Positions 49,671-58,366 of a stretch of DNA of 64,000 bases are shown here, in pieces. A program made the position numbers and the translations under genes. The stretch comes from Thermoleophilia bacterium (GTDB lineage: Bacteria; Actinomycetota; Thermoleophilia; Gaiellales; Gaiellaceae): positions 759 through 64,758 of the forward strand of contig JAICWC010000001.1 in assembly GCA_025934995.1 (NCBI GenBank), in the 5' to 3' direction. The notes below the pieces were generated by a model, which was not told where the DNA came from, did no database searches, and saw nothing but the letters and a program-made list of their open reading frames with translations. Positions within the stretch are counted from its first letter, which is position 1. Each line of letters starts with the position of its first letter.

Positions 49671-50023
49671 CCGGCTACCTGCTTCGTGAGCTCCACGTAC
49701 CCGCCGTCGACGGCGACTCCGTCGCAGACCGTCTCGAGCACGTGACGCGGTTCGAGCCCGCCGGGCCCTTCGTCGAGCTGCGCGAGCGCGTCGGCGTCGA
49801 ACGGCCCGACCTTCGCGCGCACATGACCGTCTTCGACGCACATCGTCACCGTGATGTCGTCATCGTCCTCGCGAATCCCGAGCACGGTGTCGAACGCGAC
49901 CTGCAGATCTTCGAGATGCTCGAATGTGATGTCGCGCCGTGCCGCAAGACCGCCCACGACGAGGTTCGCGATGTGCCGGAAGTCCGCCTGCGCGGGCAGC
50001 GTCAGCTGGATCTCGTCCGTCAC
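49667..50023 (-). CDS. Degenerate anti-sigma factor (RsbW/SpoIIAB-like)
   Basis: IQLTLPA...LVVGGLAAR...FEHLEDLQVA; lies directly upstream of the sigma gene. Confidence 0.7.
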   Translation of the reverse strand: MTDEIQLTLPAQADFRHIANLVVGGLAARRDITFEHLEDLQVAFDTVLGIREDDDDITVTMCVEDGHVRAKVGPFDADALAQLDEGPGGLEPRHVLETVCDGVAVDGGYVELTKQVAG

Positions 50024-50481
50024 GACGGTTCCCCCGCCTCGGCCAGCTCCTCACCGAGCTCCTGCTCGCGCCGCGCGGCGGCAGCTTTGCCTGCCTGGAC
50101 GGCATGTCGCCAGCTGCGTTTGGTCTTGAAGTCGGCGGCGCCGTAGCTGACCCCGGCCGCGAAGCCGGACACTTTCTGCACCGGTCGCGTCACCGCCATG
50201 CTGACCGCACGCACCGCAGTGTCGACGCTCTCGGCAGCGTCGACTGCGCTATCGGTGATCCGATCGACCTTGTCGAGTTGGCCGTTCACCCGATCCACAC
50301 TGCCTCCGACCTTGTTGATCACGGGTAGCACCTCTTGCTCCGCCCCCCTGATGAACGCCGAAAGCCGCGCAACGGTTCCGCCCAGCCGGACGAGGAGATA
50401 CGCGGCCGACAGGCCGACCGAGAGCAGGAAGACGGCGAGCGCCAGCCTCCAGAGGTCCCCCCACGTGAATGCGACCAGCAT
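50020..50481 (-). CDS. DUF948-like membrane protein
   Basis: N-terminal TM followed by an amphipathic helical region. Confidence 0.6.
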   Translation of the reverse strand: MLVAFTWGDLWRLALAVFLLSVGLSAAYLLVRLGGTVARLSAFIRGAEQEVLPVINKVGGSVDRVNGQLDKVDRITDSAVDAAESVDTAVRAVSMAVTRPVQKVSGFAAGVSYGAADFKTKRSWRHAVQAGKAAAARREQELGEELAEAGEPS

Positions 50482-50493
50482 CCGGCGCGGATC

Positions 50494-51735
50494 CTAGATG
50501 ACGCCGCAGCCGACGACGGCGTCGCCCTCGTAGAGAACGGCCGCCTGCCCGCGTGCGACACCGAACGCCGGCTCGTCGAGCTCGAGCGAGAAACCGCCCG
50601 GTGCGCGCGTCACGTGCGCGCCGACGGCTGCCGACCGGTAACGGAGCTTCACGTCGACGCGGTCGACGTCGACGTACAGAGAGCCCGACGCGGAAACCTG
50701 CGTGCGCGCGAGTGCAGCGCGCTCCCCCACCACGACCGTGTTCGTGCGCGCGTCGGAGTCGATCACGTAGAGCGGCTTCGCGGCCGACACGCCGATTCCC
50801 TTCCGCTGCCCGGGCGTGAAGGTCCAATGCCCGTCGTGCGTCCCGAGTTGCACACCGCTCCCGTCGACGATCGCCCCGGTGCGCGGCGCAACGCCCTGTC
50901 GCGAAAGGAACGCGCGGTAATCGTCACCCGCGAGGAAGCACGCCTCCTGGCTCTCCGCGCGGGTCGCGGCCGCCAGCCCTTCGAGCGCGGCTTCGGCACG
51001 TGTCGCCTCCTTGTCCTGCTCGCCGAGCGGGAACCAGACGCGGTCGAGTCGGCGCGGATCGAGGCGCGCGAGCATGTACGACTGGTCCTTCTGCGAGTCG
51101 ACGCCGCGGTGCAGGAGCGTCCTGCCCCGATGCTCGGCGATACGAGCGTAGTGCCCCGTCGCGAGCCGGTCGCAGCCGGCGCGCTTCGCGAACGCGAGCA
51201 GCTCCGCAAACCGGAAGCCACCGTTGCAGCGAATGCACGGGTTCGGCGTCTCGCCGCGTGCGTAGCCGCGGACGAACGGGGTGACCACCGCTCGCCGGAA
51301 CTCCTCACGCAGGTCGAGCGTCACGTGTGGCAGACCAAGCCGGTGACACGTCTCGCGCGCCGCGATCACCGCTTCAGGCGAGCAGCACGCACGGTCGGCA
51401 GCGGGCCCTTCCGGATCGAGCCAGAGCCGCAGGGTCACGCCGATCGCGTTCGGTGCGGCACGCAGGAGCGCGACTGCGCTGTCGACGCCGCCGCTCATCG
51501 CCACGGCGACACGTCCGGCACGCGGCTCGGCGACGAAGATCGGGCCGAGCGCGTTCGCGAGCGCGTCGGTCGCGAGCGTCTCGCCGTCGACGGCCGCCGC
51601 TTCGAGCAGCGTCAGTCCGCGCAGGTCGCGCGTGAGGCCCGGTGCGTCCGCTTCGACGATCCGGTCGCCGTCGACGAGCAGACGCACGGCGGCCCACTCG
51701 CCGTCGCGAGTCGAGTCACCGAACGCTTCGATCAT
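50494..51735 (-). CDS. mnmA: tRNA 2-thiouridine(34) synthase with an N-terminal extension
   Basis: AMSGGVDS, RACC, TPNPCIRCN, ATGHYA, KDQSY, ESQEACF, FTPGQRKG, GQAAVLY. Confidence 0.93.
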   Translation of the reverse strand: MIEAFGDSTRDGEWAAVRLLVDGDRIVEADAPGLTRDLRGLTLLEAAAVDGETLATDALANALGPIFVAEPRAGRVAVAMSGGVDSAVALLRAAPNAIGVTLRLWLDPEGPAADRACCSPEAVIAARETCHRLGLPHVTLDLREEFRRAVVTPFVRGYARGETPNPCIRCNGGFRFAELLAFAKRAGCDRLATGHYARIAEHRGRTLLHRGVDSQKDQSYMLARLDPRRLDRVWFPLGEQDKEATRAEAALEGLAAATRAESQEACFLAGDDYRAFLSRQGVAPRTGAIVDGSGVQLGTHDGHWTFTPGQRKGIGVSAAKPLYVIDSDARTNTVVVGERAALARTQVSASGSLYVDVDRVDVKLRYRSAAVGAHVTRAPGGFSLELDEPAFGVARGQAAVLYEGDAVVGCGVI

Positions 51736-51744
51736 GCAAAGAAG

Positions 51745-51890
51745 GTAGCTCCACCCTGCCGTTTGCTTCCGGGCGATGTGAACCTGGTTTCCCAGGTGGG
51801 TGCCTAGCCCGGGTTAGCGGGACGTCGGCTCCCTTGACGTAGGCGTTGGTTCTACATCGGAGCCCGGAAGCTCGCACAGGGTCGAGCCAC
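51745..51890 (-). ncRNA. ssrS: 6S RNA
   Basis: Long rod: GTGGCTC/GAGCTAC, ACCCTG/CAGGGT, GCTTCCGGG/CCCGGAAGC, CGATGT-GAACC/GGTTC-ACATCG; central bubble; GGGAGCC/GGCACCC apical stem; 3' bubble hairpin ACCTGG-GAAA-CCAGGT. TACATT -10 box at 51895-51900. Confidence 0.85.
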
Positions 51891-51904
51891 ACGCAATGTA
51901 TCGC

Positions 51905-52306
51905 CTATCTGGCAAACCGCCACTGGATCCGCTGCGTTCCTTCCAGACCCAGAAGCTTCGCCAGCGACTGCGTGACGTCGAATTCGCGGCCGGGCGGCAT
52001 GTGCCCTCGGTCGACGACCTGCGTCAGCACCTGCTTGCCGTTGAACTGGACGTAGAGCTTGACGCCGCACGGGAGCACCGCATGGGCCACGCCGGTCGTG
52101 TTCGGTCCGATCTTGATGCCGCACGCGCCGGTCTTCGTCTTCGCCGACGGCGTGTACGGCGCGGCGAATGCCGTGTACCACTGACCCGCTGCCTGCGGCA
52201 GCGGAGCGCTGCTCTTGTGGCGGTGGTTGACGGCGAGCGCGACGACGAGCGCGACGAGCGCGACACCGCCGAGCGTGGCCGCGCGCAGGCCGATCGTCGT
52301 GGTCAC
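51905..52306 (-). CDS. RlpA-like double-psi beta-barrel protein
   Basis: TM anchor; GVAHAVLPCG...VVDRG...REFDVT..LAKLLG. Confidence 0.75.
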   Translation of the reverse strand: MTTTIGLRAATLGGVALVALVVALAVNHRHKSSAPLPQAAGQWYTAFAAPYTPSAKTKTGACGIKIGPNTTGVAHAVLPCGVKLYVQFNGKQVLTQVVDRGHMPPGREFDVTQSLAKLLGLEGTQRIQWRFAR

Positions 52307-52941
52307 CGCGCCCCGACCAGGTCGCCGAAGCTGTCGCGCACGAGCCCGTCGAAGTCGATCGGCAGCACACCGTCCGGCCCCGCGAAGTCGCGCAGGTACA
52401 TGAGGAGGAACGAACGCTCCTCGTCGCGTGCCTCGTCGTGTCCCGAGTGCTCGCGCGACAGACGCTCGAGATCCCAGAGGTTCCACTCCCGGGGCGACGC
52501 GCCGACGCCGATGGGGACGACGACCGGGTCGGGCTCCACGGCGGCGGGCTCGGGCTGTGGCTCCGCCTCCGCCTCGGGCTCGGGCTCGGGCTCGGGGTCT
52601 GGCACCGGCTGGAGGACGCGCGGGGCCTCCGGTTCCGGCTCCGGCTCGGGCTCGGGCTCTTCGAGTGCGACGGGGATCGGCTCGGGCTCCGCGGCCGGTG
52701 CCGGCGGCAGGACGCGCACCGTCTCGCGCGGCGGCGCCGGGGTCGGCGTCTCGACCGGTGGGCGCCGACGCGACGGCTGTGCGCGGCCGAGATACGCCTC
52801 GAGAACGAACACCGCGAGGTACGCAACGCCGCTCGCAGCGATGATCACGGCCGGCGACTGGCCCGCAGAGAGCGCGATCACCGGCACGGCGACGAGCACC
52901 ACGGCCTCGACGGCGGTCCTCGGCCCGAACACCTTCTTCAT
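52303..52941 (-). CDS. Hypothetical membrane protein with Pro-Glu repeat linker
   Basis: Two TM segments, (PE)n tracts, C-terminal WNLWDLERL...FDGLVRDSFG domain. Confidence 0.75.
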   Translation of the reverse strand: MKKVFGPRTAVEAVVLVAVPVIALSAGQSPAVIIAASGVAYLAVFVLEAYLGRAQPSRRRPPVETPTPAPPRETVRVLPPAPAAEPEPIPVALEEPEPEPEPEPEAPRVLQPVPDPEPEPEPEAEAEPQPEPAAVEPDPVVVPIGVGASPREWNLWDLERLSREHSGHDEARDEERSFLLMYLRDFAGPDGVLPIDFDGLVRDSFGDLVGAR

Positions 52942-52950
52942 GCGCGCTGC

Positions 52951-53895
52951 CTAGGTCTCGGAGCCTTCGTCCTCGGAGGACGACGGAGGTGGGGAGACAG
53001 GCGGGGGCGGCGCAGCCTGCGGCGGCGGCGGCGGCGTCGATACTGCAGGCGGTTCCTCGGCGGCCGGAGCCTCCGGCTCGGGCTCGCTCACGGGCGGCGT
53101 CGGCACTGCCGCGGGGCCGGCGAGGGCAGCGGCGGGCGCGTGCGCGGGCGGCGGAGATTGGCGTTCGCTGACCTGCTCGGCGGCGCGGACGATCGCCGTC
53201 GCCACCTGCGAGATGGCGTCTTCGCCGAGCCCGGCGGCGGCGAGCAGCTGCTCGGCGCCGTGCTGGGCGCGGGCGAGAATCGTGGAGGCCTGTGCGCGCG
53301 CCCACTCGAGCGTCTGCTCGACCTCGGCGCGGGCGGCGTTCGTGAGCTCGGTCGCCTGATGGCGGGACTGCTCGAGAAGCCGGTTCCCACGAGCCTCGGC
53401 CTCCTGCATCTCCCGCGTCGCGTCGGCGTGCGCCTTCGCCAGCAGGTCGCGGGCCTCGTTCCGCGCGGCGTTCAGCATCTCGGCGCGCTGGCGCTCGCTC
53501 TCCTGCCGGTACCGCTCGACCTCGGCCTCGCGCGCCTGCAGCTCCTCCTGCCGGCGGCGCACTTCCTCCTCGGTCTTGCCGAGCTGCGTCGCCGAGGCGG
53601 TCTGAGCATCGCGCTCGATCGTGTCGGCGAACTCGGCGGCCGCCCGGATCAAGTGCAGCGCGTCCATGCGGACGGCGTGCCCGGTCGGCTCGACGTTCGG
53701 CCCGGGGCGCGTGCCGGCGGCTTGCAGGACCCGCAGCTGTGCCTGCAGCTGCGCGGTGTGGCGGCGGAAGGCGTCGAAGGCTTCGCGGACGCGGTCCGCG
53801 TCGAGGCCGTCCCCGCTGCGGGGAATGTCCTCGTACCGCGGTAGCGAGGTCAGGGCAGGTGCGCCCGCCGCCGGTCCGGGTCCCTCGGTCGCCAT
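52951..53895 (-). CDS. DivIVA-like coiled-coil protein
   Basis: GLDADRVREAF resembles the DivIVA GYxxxEV motif; long A/E/R coiled coil; Pro-rich tail; AAGGAGG RBS. Confidence 0.65.
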   Translation of the reverse strand: MATEGPGPAAGAPALTSLPRYEDIPRSGDGLDADRVREAFDAFRRHTAQLQAQLRVLQAAGTRPGPNVEPTGHAVRMDALHLIRAAAEFADTIERDAQTASATQLGKTEEEVRRRQEELQAREAEVERYRQESERQRAEMLNAARNEARDLLAKAHADATREMQEAEARGNRLLEQSRHQATELTNAARAEVEQTLEWARAQASTILARAQHGAEQLLAAAGLGEDAISQVATAIVRAAEQVSERQSPPPAHAPAAALAGPAAVPTPPVSEPEPEAPAAEEPPAVSTPPPPPQAAPPPPVSPPPSSSEDEGSET

Positions 53896-53957
53896 TCTCG
53901 TTTGCCTCCTTGACTACGCGTAGGCGCGCTGCGGCGCGCTCAGGAAGTATGACTTCT

Positions 53958-55685
53958 CTATCGGTCGTCCGGTGCCTGCGCCTGAAGCGCGCGGATTCCT
54001 AGCTCTTTCAACACGGAATCCGGCATCGGCGTCGGCCCGCCGGTGAGCGGATCGGAGCCGCTCGCGATCTTCGGGAACGCGACGATCTGGCGGAGGTCCG
54101 GCTCGCCCGCCATGCGCGTCACGAACCGTTCGATGCCCATCGCGAAACCGCCGTGCGGCGGCGCGCCCATCGCGAGCGCCTCGAGCAGGAAGCCGAACTT
54201 CGCGTGTTGCTCCTCCTCCGGCATGCCCATGACGCGGAACACCGCCTGCTGCATGTCGGCGTCGTGGATCCGGATCGACCCGGAGCCGAGCTCCCACCCG
54301 TTCCAGATCAGGTCGTAGTGCTGGCTCAGCGCAGAGCCCGGGTCGGCTTCGAAGCCCTCGTGGCCGGGCATCGGGGCGGTGAACGGGTGGTGCAGGAACG
54401 TCCACTGGCCCGTGTCCTCGTCGCGCTCGAACAGCGGGAAGTCGACGATCCAGTGGAAGAGCTCCTCCCCCGTCTCCATCAGCTCGAGCTCGCGCGCGAG
54501 GTGGAGGCGCAGGCCCCCGAGCACGCGCGACACGGTCGCTTCCTCGTCCGCGACGAAGAGCGCCGTGTTCCCCGGCTGCGGCTGCAACTGCTTCAGCTCG
54601 TCCTCGGAGAGGTACTTCGCGATCGGCGAGCGGAGCTCGCCGCCGTCGTTCACGAGATACGCGAGTCCCTTCGCGCCCCACTCCTTCGCGATCTCCTCGA
54701 GGCGACCGAGCTCGGCGCGCGAGTACGCGCGCGGCGCGACGATGTAGCGGACGGTCGGCGCGCTCTTGAAGACGCCGAACTCGCTCGCGCGCGTCAGCTC
54801 CGTGGCGTCCTCGATCTCGAGGCCGAAGCGGAGATCCGGCTTGTCCGAGCCGTACTTGGCCATCGCCTCCGCGTAGCCGAGGCGCGGGAACGGGCGCGGC
54901 GGCGGCTCGCGCCCTGCCGCGACGAATGCGCCGACGACCGCCTCCTCCATGACATCGAGGACGTCCTCGCGGTCGACGAACGACATCTCGAGGTCGAGCT
55001 GGCGGAACTCGAACTGCCGGTCCGCGCGGAGATCCTCGTCCCGCCAACACGTTGCGATCTGGTAGTAGCGGTCGAGACCGCCGATCATGCAGAGCTGCTT
55101 GAAGAGCTGCGGCGACTGGGCGAGCGCATAGAAGGTGCCGGGCTGCAGCCGGATCGGGACCAGGAAGTCGCGCGCCCCTTCCGGTGTGCCCTTCGTCATC
55201 GAGGGCGTCCACACGTCGACGAAGCCCATGTCGTCCATCGCGCGGCGGATGCCCGCGATCACGGTGTGGCTGAGACGCAGGTTGCGCTGCATCCGGTCGC
55301 TGCGCATGTCGAGCCAGCGGTAGCGCAGGCGCAGCACGTCGTCGACGTCATCGCCGACCTGGAACGGCAGCGGCGTCGAGCGCGAGACGATGCGCAGCGC
55401 CTCGACCCGCACCTCGATCCCGCCCGTCGACAGGTTCGGGTTGACGGCCTCCGGCGCGCGGTTCACGACCTCGCCTTCGACCTGGACGACGAACTCGTTC
55501 CGGATCTCCTTCGCGACCTCGGGCGTGTTGACGACGAGCTGCACCTTGCCGCTGAAGTCGCGCAGGTCGATGAACACCAGGCCGCCGTGGTCGCGGCGCG
55601 TGTCCACCCAGCCAGCGAGCGTCACTCTCTTGCCGACGTCCGCCTCGCTCAGTGCTCCACAGGTCGTGTCGCGCCACGAGCTCAT
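53958..55685 (-). CDS. aspS: Aspartate--tRNA ligase
   Basis: RRDHGGLVFIDLRD, TPEGARDF, QSPQLFKQ, RDEDLRADRQ, YGSDKPDLR, GAPPHGG. Confidence 0.96.
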   Translation of the reverse strand: MSSWRDTTCGALSEADVGKRVTLAGWVDTRRDHGGLVFIDLRDFSGKVQLVVNTPEVAKEIRNEFVVQVEGEVVNRAPEAVNPNLSTGGIEVRVEALRIVSRSTPLPFQVGDDVDDVLRLRYRWLDMRSDRMQRNLRLSHTVIAGIRRAMDDMGFVDVWTPSMTKGTPEGARDFLVPIRLQPGTFYALAQSPQLFKQLCMIGGLDRYYQIATCWRDEDLRADRQFEFRQLDLEMSFVDREDVLDVMEEAVVGAFVAAGREPPPRPFPRLGYAEAMAKYGSDKPDLRFGLEIEDATELTRASEFGVFKSAPTVRYIVAPRAYSRAELGRLEEIAKEWGAKGLAYLVNDGGELRSPIAKYLSEDELKQLQPQPGNTALFVADEEATVSRVLGGLRLHLARELELMETGEELFHWIVDFPLFERDEDTGQWTFLHHPFTAPMPGHEGFEADPGSALSQHYDLIWNGWELGSGSIRIHDADMQQAVFRVMGMPEEEQHAKFGFLLEALAMGAPPHGGFAMGIERFVTRMAGEPDLRQIVAFPKIASGSDPLTGGPTPMPDSVLKELGIRALQAQAPDDR

Positions 55686-56905
55686 ACGTCCGCCAGGTCG
55701 TCGATGTATCGGTCCTCGGTGCCGCGCTTGCGCACCTCGTACGTGCCGTCACTGCGCGCGATGATGATCGTCGCGGCGTTGCGGCGCTGGGCCTGGGTCA
55801 GCTGTCCCTTCATCGACCGGCCAGCGTAGTCCGTGTCGACCGAGCGGCCCGCAGCACGCCACTGCGCGATCGTCGGGAGCACGCCCTCGCGCAGCTCCGG
55901 CGACTCGAACGCGACGAAGACGTCGAGGCCGCGGGGCTCGGGCGCGACGCCTTCCCGCTCGACCGCGAGCAGCAGCCGTTCGAGGCCGGCGCCGAAGCCG
56001 ATTCCCGGGACGTCGCCGCCGCCGACCTCCTTGACGAGCCCGTCGTACCGTCCGCCGCCGCAGATCGTCGAGTTGACGTTCTCGTCCGGGCCGACGAACT
56101 CGAACGTCGTCCGTGTGTAGTAGTCGAGCCCGCGCACGAGCGTCGGATCGAGGACGTACGCGACGCCGTACGCGTCGAGCAGCGACCTGACGGCATCGAA
56201 ATGTTCGCGACACGCGTCGCAGAGCGACTCCCCGATCTTCGGCGCGGCCTCGAGCTCCGCGCGCAGCTTCTCGTTCTTGATGTCGAAGACCTGGAGCACG
56301 CTCGTCGCACGCTTGTGCGCGACCTCCTCGTCGACGAGCGCGGGATGCGCGTCGAGCCACTCGGCGAGCTGGGCCGCGTACTGGGGGCGGCAGTTCGCGT
56401 CGCCGATCGAGTTCAGGCGCAGCTCGTAGTCGGTGACGCCGAGCCGGCGCAGCAGTGCCGTATAGAACTGAAGGACCTCGGCGTCGATCGCGGGATCGGC
56501 CGAGCCGATCGCCTCGAGCGAGAGCTGCCAGTGCTCGCGGTAGCGACCGCGGCCCGGTCGTCCGTAGCGGTACATCGGCGCGATCGTGTACGCCTTCATC
56601 GGCTGCGGCTCCTGCGCGAGGCCGTGCTCGACGTACGCGCGCGCAATCGGCGCGGTGCCTTCCGGACGCAACGTCAGCGAGCGGTCGCTCCGGTCCTGGA
56701 ACGTGTACATCTCCTTGTGCACGACGTCGGATGCCTCACCGGACGTGCGCTGGAAGAGCGCCGTGTCCTCGAAGCCCGGCGTCTGGATGCGCCCGTAGCC
56801 GTACAGCGCGGTCAGCTCCTCGATCGTGCGGATGACGTGCCACCACAGGTGGTCGTTCGGCAGGACGTCATGGGTCCCGCGCGGCGCCTGGAAAGCAGGG
56901 CTCAT
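55682..56905 (-). CDS. hisS: Histidine--tRNA ligase
   Basis: PRGTHD, KEMYTF, LRPEGTA, GRYREH, LVRGLDYY, GGGRYDGL. Confidence 0.96.
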   Translation of the reverse strand: MSPAFQAPRGTHDVLPNDHLWWHVIRTIEELTALYGYGRIQTPGFEDTALFQRTSGEASDVVHKEMYTFQDRSDRSLTLRPEGTAPIARAYVEHGLAQEPQPMKAYTIAPMYRYGRPGRGRYREHWQLSLEAIGSADPAIDAEVLQFYTALLRRLGVTDYELRLNSIGDANCRPQYAAQLAEWLDAHPALVDEEVAHKRATSVLQVFDIKNEKLRAELEAAPKIGESLCDACREHFDAVRSLLDAYGVAYVLDPTLVRGLDYYTRTTFEFVGPDENVNSTICGGGRYDGLVKEVGGGDVPGIGFGAGLERLLLAVEREGVAPEPRGLDVFVAFESPELREGVLPTIAQWRAAGRSVDTDYAGRSMKGQLTQAQRRNAATIIIARSDGTYEVRKRGTEDRYIDDLADV

Positions 56906-57537
56906 GAGCGAAGCTCGGCGAGGAACGGATTGCGGTCGAGCTCGCGGCCGAGCGTCGTCGTCGGCCCATGTCCGGGATAGACGACCGTCTCTCGGTCGTA
57001 CCTCTCGGCGAGGGTGCGCACGGAGTCGAGCAGCGTGTCCCAGTCCGCGCCCGGGATGTCGACGCGGCCGACCGATCCGGCGAAGAGCAGGTCACCGCTG
57101 AACAGGTGGCCGGCCGTGTAGTACGCGATGTGTGCGGGCGAATGCCCTGGAATTGCGACGACGTCGAACTCGATCCCGGCGACCGCGACCGTCTCGCCGC
57201 CGTCGAGGACGTGGTCGGGTGTCCAGGGGCGGCCGGGGAACGCCGCCGGCGCGAAGTCGCGGAACTGCTCGAGCGTTTGGCGCTCGCCGGCCGGCATGTA
57301 GACGGGAGCGCCCGTCCCCTCGGCGAGGTCGGCGACGCCCCCCAGATGGTCGTAATGGCCGTGCGTGATCAGGATCGCCGCGCACGTCGCGCCCATGTGC
57401 GCGAGCCCGAGCCGCAGCTGCGCGGCGTCGGCGCCGGGATCGACGACCGCCGCCTCCACCGCCTCGCGCTCGCGGCGGACGACGTAGCAGTTGGTCTGGA
57501 TCGGACCGAGCGGGTACGTGTCGACGACGAGTGTCAC
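56902..57537 (-). CDS. MBL-fold metallo-hydrolase (glyoxalase II-like)
   Basis: TNCY, THGHYDH, PGHS, SGDLLF, PGHG. Confidence 0.9.
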   Translation of the reverse strand: MTLVVDTYPLGPIQTNCYVVRREREAVEAAVVDPGADAAQLRLGLAHMGATCAAILITHGHYDHLGGVADLAEGTGAPVYMPAGERQTLEQFRDFAPAAFPGRPWTPDHVLDGGETVAVAGIEFDVVAIPGHSPAHIAYYTAGHLFSGDLLFAGSVGRVDIPGADWDTLLDSVRTLAERYDRETVVYPGHGPTTTLGRELDRNPFLAELRS

Positions 57538-57581
57538 GTGGGCGAGTGTAATCGGCGGGTTCTGCGGGCACTCGTCGGGTC

Positions 57582-57938
57582 GTGCAGCACTGGAACGTCA
57601 AGGAGCTCACCGCGCCCGACGGATCGCGTTCCCCCGAGATCCTGCATTCGCAGGTGGGCGAATCGCGTGTCGTCGCGATCCACCTGCAGTCCGGCCAGGA
57701 GCTCGGCGACCACCAGGTGAAGGAGGCGGCGCTGCTCGTCGTCGTCGACGGCACCGTGCGCGTGGAGGCCGGCGACGAGTCGATCGACGCGGACGCGGGA
57801 ACGGTGTTGCGGTTCGAGCCGGACGAGCGGCACTCCGTCGCCGCCGCCGGCGAAGCGCGCGTCCTGCTGGTGCTCGCACCGTGGCCCGGCGAGGGCCACT
57901 ATCGCGGCGACGCTAGCGTTTCTTCTTCTGCGGCGTAA
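57582..57938 (+). CDS. Cupin domain protein
   Basis: LGDHQV...VVDG...FEPDERHSV. Confidence 0.75.
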   Translation: MQHWNVKELTAPDGSRSPEILHSQVGESRVVAIHLQSGQELGDHQVKEAALLVVVDGTVRVEAGDESIDADAGTVLRFEPDERHSVAAAGEARVLLVLAPWPGEGHYRGDASVSSSAA

Positions 57939-58362
57939 CGTCGCCGGCCGCGATCCTCGCCTGGTAGCGCTTGTAGGCGAAGCGGTCGATGTAGTACGTG
58001 AACGGGATGAAGAGCAGTGTGTAGGCAACGGCCGGGATCAGCCCGGCGAGGTAACGGTTGCCCGACTTCCCGGACGAGAGCGCGAAGAGTGCGAACACCA
58101 CCGCCCCGAGCATCCCGGCGCGCTTGAAGGCGCGACTCCACGACGGCTCCGGCGGCACGCGCGCCGACCGGCCGCGCCCGCTTCCCTTCGCCGGCTGTTT
58201 CGCCGTCGTGGCCTTCGCGCCGTTCGTGCGCTCCTTCTTCTCCTGCTCGAGCAGCTCGGGCGGCGCCTCGTCGAGCTCGTTCCCCTCGGCGTCGACGTAG
58301 ACGAATTCGTATTCGTGCCGCTTCGCCTTCAGTTCGCGGCGCCGTTGCTTCCTGCTCGGCAT
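57913..58362 (-). CDS. Hypothetical membrane protein (basic N-terminus, two TM segments)
   Basis: MPSRKQRRR...PSWSRAFKRA plus two hydrophobic helices; TAGCCT-N6-ATG start. Confidence 0.75.
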   Translation of the reverse strand: MPSRKQRRRELKAKRHEYEFVYVDAEGNELDEAPPELLEQEKKERTNGAKATTAKQPAKGSGRGRSARVPPEPSWSRAFKRAGMLGAVVFALFALSSGKSGNRYLAGLIPAVAYTLLFIPFTYYIDRFAYKRYQARIAAGDVTPQKKKR

Positions 58363-58366
58363 GTGC

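Noticed and set aside
51745..51890. Alternative reading as a c-di-AMP or other riboswitch, or as a MITE
   Set aside because: The end-to-end rod with a central bubble fits 6S better, and I saw no second copy or target-site duplication.
52545..52690. GGCTCG-type short tandem repeats
   Set aside because: They encode the Pro-Glu linker; there are no spacers or cas genes, so this is not CRISPR.
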